From the NCBI GenBank assembly GCA_038733315.1, contig JAVYPJ010000002.1:64001-128000 (forward strand): a DNA stretch of 64,000 nucleotides. Reading direction: 5' to 3'. This stretch comes from Candidatus Aenigmatarchaeota archaeon (GTDB taxonomy: Archaea; Aenigmatarchaeota; Aenigmatarchaeia; CG10238-14; SpSt-28). Positions 9,192-19,171 of the stretch are shown here, piece after piece. How positions within the stretch are numbered: position 1 is the first letter of the stretch; the number at the start of each line of letters is the position of its first letter. The notes under the pieces are model-generated. The model searched no databases. It was not told the origin of the DNA and worked only from the letters and a program-made list of their open reading frames with translations. The translations under genes and the position numbers were made by a program.

Positions 9192-9527
9192 CTATTCAGA
9201 TGATTTTAGTAGAGTGTAGGATAGATTTAAGAGTGATACACAGAAAACTAAATAACAAAATTCTGAAATTATCAAAGCTGGATAGAATTCTAAATAGAAT
9301 GTTAAAAGTTCTGTAACTATACCAAATGAAAATATCATCGAAGATATTGATAATATTAAAAAAGATTTTTTAACATTTTTGTCTAAATACATTTTCATAG
9401 CAACATATTTTTTATTTTTTGAAAACCGTCTTAAATAAAACAACATCATAATTAAGGTTGAAAAAACAACCACAGAATCTATGGAGATCATTAAAACCCT
9501 TGTTAGAAGCACTATACTCATTTCCAT
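9192..9527 (-). CDS. small multi-pass membrane protein
   Basis: About three hydrophobic helices. Confidence 0.65.
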   Translation of the reverse strand: MEMSIVLLTRVLMISIDSVVVFSTLIMMLFYLRRFSKNKKYVAMKMYLDKNVKKSFLILSISSMIFSFGIVTELLTFYLEFYPALIISEFCYLVFCVSLLNLSYTLLKSSE

Positions 9528-9904
9528 TTTTTACCTATTTTTTCAATTCTTTTATTCCATTCGGTGATTATATATATCATACCAACACCAAAAACAATTG
9601 TTAGTACTGCAGTAATTTTTAGGAAAAAAACATTATTTAGTAAACTACCAAAAACAATGAAAATTATATTAATTAATAATATTAAAATGAGAATTGTTAT
9701 TATTTTCATTTCTTCGAATGTTTTATTCTCTAGTAAACTAAATGCTATTATAAAAAGCTCTTTTGGTTTAGATTGAACGTTTTTATATAATCTGTATGAT
9801 ACAAAAAATCCTATTATACTAAAAATAAGTGGAGATAAATAGAAGAAAATTATTGTAAAAAATGGATCGGTTGGGAACAGAGCAAAACTATCAGAGATAC
9901 CCAT
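9518..9904 (-). CDS. small multi-pass membrane protein
   Basis: About three hydrophobic helices; layout similar to its neighbour. Confidence 0.65.
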   Translation of the reverse strand: MGISDSFALFPTDPFFTIIFFYLSPLIFSIIGFFVSYRLYKNVQSKPKELFIIAFSLLENKTFEEMKIITILILILLINIIFIVFGSLLNNVFFLKITAVLTIVFGVGMIYIITEWNKRIEKIGKKWK

Positions 9905-9940
9905 AAATAATAGAAAATAATCATTTATTTAGTTATTTTT

Positions 9941-10705
9941 ATGGATATAATATCAATACTTGCAGTAGCTGCAATAGTAGCGGCAGCTTTAAAATCAGCA
10001 ATAAAAATAGCGAAAGAATATGAAAGGGGTGTTGTATTCAGATTAGGAAGATTTTCTGGAATAAAAGGTCCAGGCCTATTTTTTATAATACCAATAATAG
10101 ATAAAGCAGATATAATAGATTTGAGAACTAGAACCATAGACGTTCCAAAACAAAGAGTAATTACAAAAGATAACGTAAGTATAGATGTGGATGCGGTAGT
10201 ATATTTCAGAGTTACAGATCCCGCTAAGGCTGTAATTCAGGTTCAAGATTATTATATAGCCACTTCTAATTTGGCACAAACTGTTTTAAGAGATGTTTTA
10301 GGGCAAGAAGAATTAGATTCTATTTTAACAAAAAGAGAGGAGCTAAATAAAAAATTACAAAATATATTAGACGAATTAACAGATCCATGGGGAGTTAAAG
10401 TGGTGGCTGTTACTATAAAAGACGTTAGCTTGCCAGAATCAATGTTAAGGGCTATGGCAAAACAAGCAGAAGCAGAAAGAGAAAAAAGATCTAGAATTAT
10501 AGTAGCAGAAGGCGAACTAATAGCTAGTCAAAAAATGGCTGAAGCGGCAAAAGAATATGAAAAACATCCAGCTGCATTAAAACTAAGAGAATTACAAACA
10601 TTGGCTGAAATAGCAAGAGAAAAGAATTTGATAGTTGTAACTAGTGATAGCATTACAGGTAAAGTGGCTGCCTTAACAAAAGGTATAGAGAAAAAGAAGT
10701 CATGA
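9941..10705 (+). CDS. SPFH/stomatin (band 7) protein
   Basis: [37 protein letters not shown]. Confidence 0.95.
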   Translation: MDIISILAVAAIVAAALKSAIKIAKEYERGVVFRLGRFSGIKGPGLFFIIPIIDKADIIDLRTRTIDVPKQRVITKDNVSIDVDAVVYFRVTDPAKAVIQVQDYYIATSNLAQTVLRDVLGQEELDSILTKREELNKKLQNILDELTDPWGVKVVAVTIKDVSLPESMLRAMAKQAEAEREKRSRIIVAEGELIASQKMAEAAKEYEKHPAALKLRELQTLAEIAREKNLIVVTSDSITGKVAALTKGIEKKKS

Positions 10706-11958
10706 GAAAAATTTTAATATCGTTGCTTTGTTTTATTTTTTGCGTTATTTTTTTATCCACTAACTTATGTGAGGAAAACAAAATTTTATCTATAAAATTT
10801 TTTGGAACTATAACCTTAGGAAACTATGAACTATTAAAAGAAGCTTTAGAATACGCGGAGAAAAAAAATATTTGCTGTGTTTTAATTCTTCTTGATACAT
10901 ATGGCGGAACCCTAGATGCTACATTAGAAATAATAAAATTAATAGACAGATCTAAAGTTCAAACAATTTCTTTTGTTTATCCTAAGGGCTCTACAGCTTG
11001 GTCTGCAGGAACAATGATTTTAATCTCTTCTGATATTGCTGCAATGAGTCCGAATAGTGTTATAGGTTCTATGCAACCAGTTTATGGAGACACGCCAATT
11101 AACGAATCGAAAGTAATTAACGCAATAGTAGCTTTTACAAAAGAAAGAATGAAGAAGCATGGAAGAAATGAAAGTTTGGTAGAGAAGTTTGTTACAGAGA
11201 ATTTAAATCTAAACTCTGAAGAAGCTTTGAGGTTAAGAGCTATAGATTTAATTGCTGAAGATTTGGAAGACTTATTGAATAAAATCGGAAAAAGCAATTT
11301 TGAAGTGGTAGAATATAATCCATCAATAAGAGTACACTTATTAAAACTGTTTTCAGACCCAGTTATTTCGTCAATAATACTTTTAATAGGAATATATATG
11401 TTGATATTCGGCATTTCATCTCCTGGAGTATTTAGTGAAATTATTGGAGTGATTTTAATTGCTCTTGCTCTAATAAATCTTGGAGCGAATATAAACTATA
11501 TAGCGGTTTTTCTAATAATTTTTGGCACAATTCTATTAATTTATGAATTAGCTTCGCCAGGATTTGGTTTTTTTGGCATAGTTGGAATATTTTGCATAAC
11601 TTTCGGAATATTTTTGCTACCTTCTTTTCCTAGTGAAATATATTTCATAGAGAGAAATTTAGCTATGAAAGATATTTTTCTTAAATCTTTACCAATAGTT
11701 ATTTTTATTTCTGCTTTCTTCTGTTTTGTTTTTTATAAAGTAGTTAGTTTAAGGAATAAAAGACCAGAAATTGGAGAGATGGTTGGGAAAATTGGGATTG
11801 CTATTGAAAATATTGAAAAGAATAAAATTGGGTGGATTAAAGTAGATAACGAGTTGTGGAAGGCAAAAAGTAAGGAAAAAATTAAAAAAGGTGAAAAGAT
11901 AAAAATAATCAAAAAAGATAATGAGTTTTTAATAGTCGAAAAAATTAAGAAACGTTAA
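10702..11958 (+). CDS. nfeD: NfeD membrane serine protease (stomatin partner)
   Basis: LDTYGG, AWSAG, TM block, C-terminal OB fold (ELWKA); operonic with stomatin. Confidence 0.92.
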   Translation: MRKILISLLCFIFCVIFLSTNLCEENKILSIKFFGTITLGNYELLKEALEYAEKKNICCVLILLDTYGGTLDATLEIIKLIDRSKVQTISFVYPKGSTAWSAGTMILISSDIAAMSPNSVIGSMQPVYGDTPINESKVINAIVAFTKERMKKHGRNESLVEKFVTENLNLNSEEALRLRAIDLIAEDLEDLLNKIGKSNFEVVEYNPSIRVHLLKLFSDPVISSIILLIGIYMLIFGISSPGVFSEIIGVILIALALINLGANINYIAVFLIIFGTILLIYELASPGFGFFGIVGIFCITFGIFLLPSFPSEIYFIERNLAMKDIFLKSLPIVIFISAFFCFVFYKVVSLRNKRPEIGEMVGKIGIAIENIEKNKIGWIKVDNELWKAKSKEKIKKGEKIKIIKKDNEFLIVEKIKKR

Positions 11959-12145
11959 AAACTCCACAAACCTTTGAATATCCAAATATTTTTCCTACAG
12001 TTCTTAGACATATTTCTCTTGCAAAATAGAAAAAATCACTCATTTTAAAAAAATAATTAAGAGCAATTGCGACAAAAATAATTATAGCTAGGGCAACTAT
12101 AATAAATACTAAAAGGTTAACATTTATTTCTAGCGCAATTTTCAT
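11945..12145 (-). CDS. small pilin-like membrane protein
   Basis: MKIALEIN plus hydrophobic helix and a Cys pair. Confidence 0.65.
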   Translation of the reverse strand: MKIALEINVNLLVFIIVALAIIIFVAIALNYFFKMSDFFYFAREICLRTVGKIFGYSKVCGVFNVS

Positions 12146-12327
12146 ATCTTTATAAGATTTTCACAAACACTACTAGAAAGCCACCCGATAGTTACATTAC
12201 AAATATTAACTCCAAAATTTCTTAATTCGCCACCTTTCGTTAGCGTAATTATAACATAGAAAAATATTAAAAAACCCATTATTGCAATTATAGTCCATAT
12301 TATTATGCTGAGGGAAACTTCTACCAT
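12142..12327 (-). CDS. small pilin-like membrane protein
   Basis: N-terminal hydrophobic helix and a Cys pair, similar to its neighbour. Confidence 0.65.
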   Translation of the reverse strand: MVEVSLSIIIWTIIAIMGFLIFFYVIITLTKGGELRNFGVNICNVTIGWLSSSVCENLIKI

Positions 12328-12328
12328 A

Positions 12329-12517
12329 TTATTGGTTTTCCTCCTTTTTATCTATTTTAGCAGTTATGGTTTTATTGAAATTCTCTAGGAGCTTATTTAA
12401 AAACTCAGAAGAAAGTTTTGGTAAAGATTTTCCAGTAATTAAAGTAGAAGAAATAAGTATTAGTGATAATAGCAAGAAAAATAATATTACTATAAGAACA
12501 TATAAAGGAATTTGCAT
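12329..12517 (-). CDS. small pilin-like membrane protein
   Basis: MQIP plus hydrophobic helix, tightly packed in the operon. Confidence 0.6.
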   Translation of the reverse strand: MQIPLYVLIVILFFLLLSLILISSTLITGKSLPKLSSEFLNKLLENFNKTITAKIDKKEENQ

Positions 12518-12520
12518 GCT

Positions 12521-12643
12521 TTATTCGGTTGTTACCGTTATTGGAACAGATTTTAAATACATATAACCAACGAATATAAACAAAACTAAAATTATTATCG
12601 CAATAGCGACAAATATTAACATCTTTATAGTTCCTTCTTCCAT
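12521..12643 (-). CDS. small pilin-like membrane protein (40 aa)
   Basis: Hand-translated MEEGTIKMLIFVAIAIIILVLFIFVGYMYLKSVPITVTTE; exactly fills the gap. Confidence 0.6.
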   Translation of the reverse strand: MEEGTIKMLIFVAIAIIILVLFIFVGYMYLKSVPITVTTE

Positions 12644-12647
12644 AATA

Positions 12648-14648
12648 TTATATTTCTAATTCTTCTAACATTCCTTCTATAAAGCTTTGTATAAACATTA
12701 GAGATATAAAGCTAGAAAATGAAAAAATAAGAGAAGAAATTAGTATAGTCTTTGAAATAGAAGAAATTAAATATACTGGTTCAAACCCTTTTTCTAAGCC
12801 TATGATTATTAGCGAAGATAAAAGAGCTATTTCTATTACATATATTCCCAACACAAGTATAAAAACAGAAGGATATAAAGTTAAGGGGTTTATTTCCTTT
12901 ATACCGCCCATAAGAGGGAAAGATGGTAAGGGTATTGGAATTTCAGTATCAGACTCTCCAATATTAAACTTTGCACTTATGGATATTAGCAAGCTAGAAA
13001 GCATAATGGATAATGCAATTACTACACCTAATATAAAAGGAGCAAGAAAAGTGGAAATAAATTTTAAGTTTGTTGTTACATCACTAATAGTTTCTTCTAT
13101 TTTATCCTGAAGCTTGTTTAGCTCCTTTAGATTTTCTGATATTATAAGCATAGAAGTAGCTGCATATTGATATCCTTTTTTATACGATTCCACTATTATA
13201 CTAAACGAATATTTTATTAGCGAAGATGGAAACTTTTTTAAAACACCTCTTTTTTCATCAAAAATACCTTCTTTTAAGTTTCCAAAAAAATTTAGACTCT
13301 TAGAAAGTTCTAAGAAAAAGTCCTTTATTTTAAATGCTTTATATTTTTCCATAGCGGCATATATGCTATGCTCAAGCGTATGACCTCTTTTAAGTTCATA
13401 GCCTAACTGAAAAAGTACTTCTGGCAATTCTTTTTCAATCGCTTCCAAATTTTCTTTTAATAGAAGTTTTTTCCTAAGAAATATGTATAGTATAATAGAT
13501 GGAATTGAGAAGGATAAAATTAGAAAAATACCTAATAAAGAATTTCCCAACACATCTGTTAATCTTTCTTTACATTTGATATTTGATTCGCTTTTCTTTA
13601 TAGACTTTATGCATTCTATGAAATAATTAAAGTCTTGATTTAGCATGTATGCGATAATCGAAGATATTGATAAAAAAACTATAGATGCTAAAATTATTAC
13701 GTTGATTTTGGTATTAAAAATGTTTATATCGAATATATTTTTTTGTTCTAAGTATGAAGATGTTAGTGGCCTTGTTTGAAGTATGGATAGAGTAATAATT
13801 AATAGAATTGTTGGCAAAAGAAGATTATAAAATATCATTAGAAAGTCTATACTAATAAGATGTGGTATTATAAGAGAAAAAGCAAAAACCATAGTAGAAA
13901 CTAATAATGGTAATATAATTCCCATAGCCAATATTAACATAGATGGCAATTTTAGATTTCTAGAGTATTTTTCTAACCTAGAATATGTTTGAGACATTAT
14001 TGTGTTTAAAGCCTCATCTATCATTTTTTCGTTTCCAAAGGGATTTTCAGAATAGCTTATTAAAATTTTCATAGCATCGGAAAACTCCTTAGCTTCTTTA
14101 CTCCATTTTCTAATCACTATTTCATCTAGCGCTTCTTTTAGATTTTTATAGGCACCTATATATGTTTTGTAGAACGCTTCTTTTAAATCATCTCCAATAT
14201 AACTTTTTAAGTTTGACGAAGCAAATAAAACTGCTCTTTCTAAATTTGGTATTTGTTTTAATGAAATAGACATATAAACTATCGAATGTATCATTTCTGA
14301 AGATGCCACAGATCTTAAATATTTAGAAAGAATGTTTGGATAATAATATATTAGGAAAGAGATTATCAAAAGTATAAAAAAAAGCGAAGATACAATCCAA
14401 ATAGGAAAATTAAAAATCGATAGTAAAATTACTACTACGATAGATATTATAAAAAATATTATAGAAGCCGATAAATTGCTGTTAGGAGGAATTTTTAATC
14501 TGCAAAAATCTATCAATTCCTTTTCTTTCTCTTCAGTCCCAGTCTTTATAGTAATTATTTTTGCGCAAAAATTACAGAAAAGTTCATATGCATTTAACTT
14601 TCTCTTTTTTAGATATTCTTTAATAACATCCTCTGCGGAAATTAGCAT
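12648..14648 (-). CDS. type IV pilus platform protein (TadB/TadC, ArlJ-like, two T2SSF domains)
   Basis: Two cytoplasmic domains (PNLERAV; EKELPEVLFQLG) alternating with TM blocks. Confidence 0.8.
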   Translation of the reverse strand: MLISAEDVIKEYLKKRKLNAYELFCNFCAKIITIKTGTEEKEKELIDFCRLKIPPNSNLSASIIFFIISIVVVILLSIFNFPIWIVSSLFFILLIISFLIYYYPNILSKYLRSVASSEMIHSIVYMSISLKQIPNLERAVLFASSNLKSYIGDDLKEAFYKTYIGAYKNLKEALDEIVIRKWSKEAKEFSDAMKILISYSENPFGNEKMIDEALNTIMSQTYSRLEKYSRNLKLPSMLILAMGIILPLLVSTMVFAFSLIIPHLISIDFLMIFYNLLLPTILLIITLSILQTRPLTSSYLEQKNIFDINIFNTKINVIILASIVFLSISSIIAYMLNQDFNYFIECIKSIKKSESNIKCKERLTDVLGNSLLGIFLILSFSIPSIILYIFLRKKLLLKENLEAIEKELPEVLFQLGYELKRGHTLEHSIYAAMEKYKAFKIKDFFLELSKSLNFFGNLKEGIFDEKRGVLKKFPSSLIKYSFSIIVESYKKGYQYAATSMLIISENLKELNKLQDKIEETISDVTTNLKFISTFLAPFILGVVIALSIMLSSLLISISAKFNIGESDTEIPIPLPSFPLMGGIKEINPLTLYPSVFILVLGIYVIEIALLSSLIIIGLEKGFEPVYLISSISKTILISSLIFSFSSFISLMFIQSFIEGMLEELEI

Positions 14649-14691
14649 AAAAATACTTTTGATTTATGTTAAATATTTACAATAAATAATT

Positions 14692-17652
14692 ATGAGAGTT
14701 ATTAGCGACGTTGCCATAAGATTTGCCCTTGGTGTTGTTATAGCAATTATTCTTGCTTTTTGTTTCTGGTATTTTTTTATTAGAACCACGCCAGAAGATA
14801 TAGCCGAGAGGAGTGCTGATAGGTTTGTAAAAGCCATTGATGAATTATGTATGGAATATCTTTCGAATTCAGATGCTACCAAAACGGTTGATATAGAATT
14901 ACCACAAGTCAAATATTCTAGTCTAATGGATGAGTTAAATAGCGCTTTAAATAATTTTTTAAGTTTTTTAAATAAGGAAGCTCCAAAACCACCTTTACAA
15001 ATGTTTAACGATCCATACTTCTATCTTTATTGGGAAACCTTTCCGCCAGAAAACACTTTACACGCTTCTAAAGAAGCAGGCGTGGGACAAATTTTTTTAA
15101 TGCATACCACACCAGAAGATATAATTGAAGATGATAAAGAAGAAAACAATCAAAGTAATTGTTTCGTATGCGCACTTATAGAAACAACTAAAAAATCTTG
15201 TGATTCTATGCCACCTCCGTTTAATATTCTTGTGTCTCAGTGTATTTTTGTTAAAGCGTATGAAGGAGTAACTTGGATATCTGAAAATAGGGATAAGGTA
15301 TTAAAATTTTTAAGAGATATGATAATGCCTTGGAGCGAAGATTTGCCATGGAGCTCTAATTTTGTGACAACCGCGCTTTTTTATTCAGCCTTTGTTGGGA
15401 TAGATGTTCTTGGGTTACGTTTTTTTAAGGATGAGTCGAAAAGTGTATTAGCTGGAAATTATAGAGGATTAAAAGAAGAAATAGTTCAAAATTTTAAATC
15501 TATAATAAATAGATTCGGCGGAGATAATTTAGAAAAATTAGAAAAATTTAAAAAATTTGGAGACATAATCGATGCTATAAGAGAGCTAAAAAAAGGATTT
15601 GAAGAAACAATAGAGATAGCAGCTAGGAAATTAAAAGTTACAATTAACACAATCAAAGAGATTATAGTAGATTTTTGGGATGAAGCTAAGGGAGTTTTGA
15701 GAGAAGTAAAATTTGTTGGTAAAACAACAGCAGTAGGAACTATCACATGTTGGATTTTTACAGAAAATACTTTGGGAGACTGTATAGCTTATGGATTATT
15801 ATTTGGTTTAACAATGGATGGGATAAAAACAGCTGCTCCTAGGGCTGCTAAATATATTAAAGATGAATTTTCAAATTTTTATTCTAAGTCAAAACCTTTA
15901 TTAAAAAGAATAACAACAACTTTTGATGAAATATTTGGTAGTTCAAACGTAGATGAGATAAAAGGGTTTAATAAAGAAAAGATAGGAATGTTTGGTATTG
16001 CTATTAGCAGAGCTGTTGATGATAAAATAGATAAAATAATTGAAAAAGTTTTTAGTCAGGCTTCTGAAAAAGGAATGATAAAGAAGATTATAGAAGGAGG
16101 AAAAGAATATTTCTATTCTAAGAAGAGGATAGTACTTCGTGGGGATGTTTTATTAGAAAGAGAAGGAAATGATGTGGTAGATTTTATAGACACATATAGA
16201 GGTATCGAAGGAATAGATTTTACAAGCTGGAAACGTTCTACAGAATCTAAGATAGAGGGCGGAGCTCTTTATGAAATTAGAGTAGCGGAGTCGGAAATTA
16301 GCGGAAGTGAATTTGGGAAACTATATGAAAATGGTTATAATATTAATCATAAAAGAACTATAAAAGATTATTATAGAATTGTATGTGATGATGAGGGAAG
16401 ATGCTACAGGATCTATGAGAAAACCGAAATTATAGATGAAATTAAAATTGATAAAGATTCTCTAGCAAAAAAACTAAAAGAGGAAATGCATTTATCTATA
16501 GTTTATCCAATAAGAAAGATGTTGGCTAGATTAGAAGAGAAGGCGTTTTATAATAAGATTATAACCACAGAAGGGGTTAGCCAAATTATAAATAGTTTTA
16601 AAGAGTATGTAGAAAAAACTATGGATGAGGATACAGCAAGAAAATTTATAAAAACAGTTGATGAAAAACTTTATAAAAAATGCGAAAAGAGTGAAACAGG
16701 TTGTAAAGAGTTTTTAAAAAACGTTATTGAAAGTAGTGAAAGAAAAATTAGTAAGATGAAAGAAAAAAACGATGAATTAATTTTATTAATAAGAAAGGAC
16801 AGTAAAATAGCAGAAATAATAGAAAATATTCCAGAGGAGAGCACTGAAAATTTCTTTATAACTGCAGGGCATATAGAAGAAATAGTTAAGGGGACTGATA
16901 TAATGGACAAAAAATTATTATACGATGTAATAAGATTAAGAACTAATAGACTCTCAGAAGATATGAATCAATTTCTTCAAGGGTCCTTAGGGCATGCGTT
17001 GTTTAGAATGATTGATTTATACACTCCTTTAGGTTTTAGCTATTGGGATAAATTCTTTTCTTTTTATGGTTTTGCTGGACCTACAGCTGCAACAGAAAAA
17101 ATGTGCCAAACTGAGTGCGCTGAAGGACATATTTGCATAAATTCTGGTCCTTGTGTAATAAGGTTTAAACTTCCAGAAAGCTGTGAAATGGCGGGAATAA
17201 CCTCTATAAGATTAGAAAGAAATAGCATAATAGATCCAAATCCAAGATTTTATTTAGTTAGTCCTTGTTATGCAAAGCTCCACATGTATATAAGACATTA
17301 TCCCAATGAGGTTTCTGGTGAGAACGAGACAACAATTTTTATAAAACCATATTTGAAGAGGGTTGAAAATAAAGCAAATTATTGTTATGCGACTGAAGGT
17401 TTAGTTAATTTTTGGGTAGGTAGTTATGCCGCCGAATTTGCTGCTGGTTGTGCTATTGGCATACTCTGTACAGTAGGTACTTATGGATTAGGATTCGATG
17501 GAATTGCAAGGTGTCTTGGGTTTAAAATACCAGGAGTGTGTTCCTTAGCATCTTCTTTAGCTCAAACTGGAATAGCACTTGGTAGAGAAACTTATTTAGT
17601 TTGGCCAAATGTTTATAAAACCAATTCTTCTTTGGCTATTTGGGAAGAATGA
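14692..17652 (+). CDS. giant pilin-like Cys-rich protein (986 aa)
   Basis: N-terminal pilin-like helix, many cysteines, internal and C-terminal Gly/Ala-rich hydrophobic segments. Confidence 0.6.
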   Translation: MRVISDVAIRFALGVVIAIILAFCFWYFFIRTTPEDIAERSADRFVKAIDELCMEYLSNSDATKTVDIELPQVKYSSLMDELNSALNNFLSFLNKEAPKPPLQMFNDPYFYLYWETFPPENTLHASKEAGVGQIFLMHTTPEDIIEDDKEENNQSNCFVCALIETTKKSCDSMPPPFNILVSQCIFVKAYEGVTWISENRDKVLKFLRDMIMPWSEDLPWSSNFVTTALFYSAFVGIDVLGLRFFKDESKSVLAGNYRGLKEEIVQNFKSIINRFGGDNLEKLEKFKKFGDIIDAIRELKKGFEETIEIAARKLKVTINTIKEIIVDFWDEAKGVLREVKFVGKTTAVGTITCWIFTENTLGDCIAYGLLFGLTMDGIKTAAPRAAKYIKDEFSNFYSKSKPLLKRITTTFDEIFGSSNVDEIKGFNKEKIGMFGIAISRAVDDKIDKIIEKVFSQASEKGMIKKIIEGGKEYFYSKKRIVLRGDVLLEREGNDVVDFIDTYRGIEGIDFTSWKRSTESKIEGGALYEIRVAESEISGSEFGKLYENGYNINHKRTIKDYYRIVCDDEGRCYRIYEKTEIIDEIKIDKDSLAKKLKEEMHLSIVYPIRKMLARLEEKAFYNKIITTEGVSQIINSFKEYVEKTMDEDTARKFIKTVDEKLYKKCEKSETGCKEFLKNVIESSERKISKMKEKNDELILLIRKDSKIAEIIENIPEESTENFFITAGHIEEIVKGTDIMDKKLLYDVIRLRTNRLSEDMNQFLQGSLGHALFRMIDLYTPLGFSYWDKFFSFYGFAGPTAATEKMCQTECAEGHICINSGPCVIRFKLPESCEMAGITSIRLERNSIIDPNPRFYLVSPCYAKLHMYIRHYPNEVSGENETTIFIKPYLKRVENKANYCYATEGLVNFWVGSYAAEFAAGCAIGILCTVGTYGLGFDGIARCLGFKIPGVCSLASSLAQTGIALGRETYLVWPNVYKTNSSLAIWEE

Positions 17653-18047
17653 AACTAGTAGCTTTAATTCCATATGGAACATTAGCGCTTAGCGGAATTA
17701 TAGTAATTTTAATGATAATATTTGGTGTGTATGTTATTATAGATAGCATAGCAGAAAAAACTTGGTTTGATGCAAATTCTATGGCAAAAGTTTTTGAAAG
17801 TATAATAATTCTATATTCTTCATCCAGCTATAACATAAATTCTTCAATATTATTGCCAAAAGAGGAGTGTTCTGTTAAAATAGAAAGCAATCAAATAAGG
17901 GTTAAATATGGAAAAAAAGATGTTGAAATTCCAAGAACCGTATTCATACCTAATTATACTAAAATAGTAGTGACTCCTATAGATTGTAGTCTTAGAGAAG
18001 TTAAAATCGATAAAATCAACGAAGAAATAAAAATATATCAAAATTAA
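17649..18047 (+). CDS. minor pilin-like protein
   Basis: N-terminal hydrophobic helix, beta-rich domain, Cys pair; ATGA overlap with the upstream gene. Confidence 0.65.
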   Translation: MKLVALIPYGTLALSGIIVILMIIFGVYVIIDSIAEKTWFDANSMAKVFESIIILYSSSSYNINSSILLPKEECSVKIESNQIRVKYGKKDVEIPRTVFIPNYTKIVVTPIDCSLREVKIDKINEEIKIYQN

Positions 18048-18052
18048 TTAAA

Positions 18053-18454
18053 ATGCTCAAACTACAAATAAGTTTAACACCAGAATTAATGCTTGATTTA
18101 ATACAACTTATAAGTGTTATTTTCTTTATTTTTGGTACGTATTTAATTTATGTAGAATATAAAATTAAAGTAAAACAAACTTCATGGGATGCTATAAATT
18201 ATTTAGAAGTGTCTCTCGGAAATAAATGTTTTCTCAAAGAGTTTAACAACACATATATAAAAGGTGTTTTTGATTACGAAAAAATAAATTCTAGCTATGA
18301 TAGTTGCTTTAATGACAAACTTGGTTTAAAATTCATAGTTGATAATGAAGAGAAAAACTTAGACATTTCTGGAAAAGTAAAAAAATCAGAGGGTTATGGT
18401 ATAGTTTATAAAGATGGTGTTTATAAACCAATAAAAATAGAAGTTTATAGTTAA
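18053..18454 (+). CDS. minor pilin-like protein
   Basis: KLQISLTPE plus hydrophobic helix. Confidence 0.65.
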   Translation: MLKLQISLTPELMLDLIQLISVIFFIFGTYLIYVEYKIKVKQTSWDAINYLEVSLGNKCFLKEFNNTYIKGVFDYEKINSSYDSCFNDKLGLKFIVDNEEKNLDISGKVKKSEGYGIVYKDGVYKPIKIEVYS

Positions 18455-18455
18455 T

Positions 18456-18827
18456 ATGCTGCTTCCAAAAATTATACTTTTAATTGCTAATACAATTATT
18501 CTTATAATAACATTTTCTATACTGATATTTTTAAGAGATGTAATATTGCCGCCAGCGACGGTAAACATAGTTTTTTCACCCATTTACCATTCTACAGCTA
18601 CTTATCAAATATATCTTTTACTAAATTCTGACGATGTTAAAGAAAAATTAAAGACGTGTGATTCATCCATTTACAATTACATAAAGAGTAAGACGTCTAA
18701 ACCATTCTATGCAAAAATAGATGGTTGTGTTTTGAGAGAGAACATAAATATAGAAGTTTTTAAGAATAGCACACTTATGAGAATGATAGTAGAAAATAAA
18801 GATCTTTCAGTTTTGATTAAAACATGA
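18456..18827 (+). CDS. minor pilin-like protein
   Basis: N-terminal hydrophobic helix, Cys pair. Confidence 0.6.
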   Translation: MLLPKIILLIANTIILIITFSILIFLRDVILPPATVNIVFSPIYHSTATYQIYLLLNSDDVKEKLKTCDSSIYNYIKSKTSKPFYAKIDGCVLRENINIEVFKNSTLMRMIVENKDLSVLIKT

Positions 18828-19171
18828 AGGCAATACTTCACTTTCTATTAAAACCATTAATATTTTTAGTGGTATTGCTTTCAGTTATATATGCTACTGC
18901 ATTCCTTTCTGGTAAAGAATATGAGAGCGAAGTTTTAGTAAGCAAAATCAATAAAATAATAAATGAAGCAGAACTTTCTCAGCTATATATAATTGATAGA
19001 ATAAAAAAAGAAAAAACTAGTTTTGATTTTGAAACTATGAATTGTAAATTTTCTGTAGTTGTTAAAAAGTGCGATGATAAAAAATGTTTAGCTAGTATAT
19101 CAGTAACACCTAACTTAAGAATTAGCGGTTTAAACATTAGATTATTTAAAGAAATAATAGTAGAATTATGA
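18824..19171 (+). CDS. minor pilin-like protein
   Basis: MKA-I plus hydrophobic helix. Confidence 0.6.
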   Translation: MKAILHFLLKPLIFLVVLLSVIYATAFLSGKEYESEVLVSKINKIINEAELSQLYIIDRIKKEKTSFDFETMNCKFSVVVKKCDDKKCLASISVTPNLRISGLNIRLFKEIIVEL

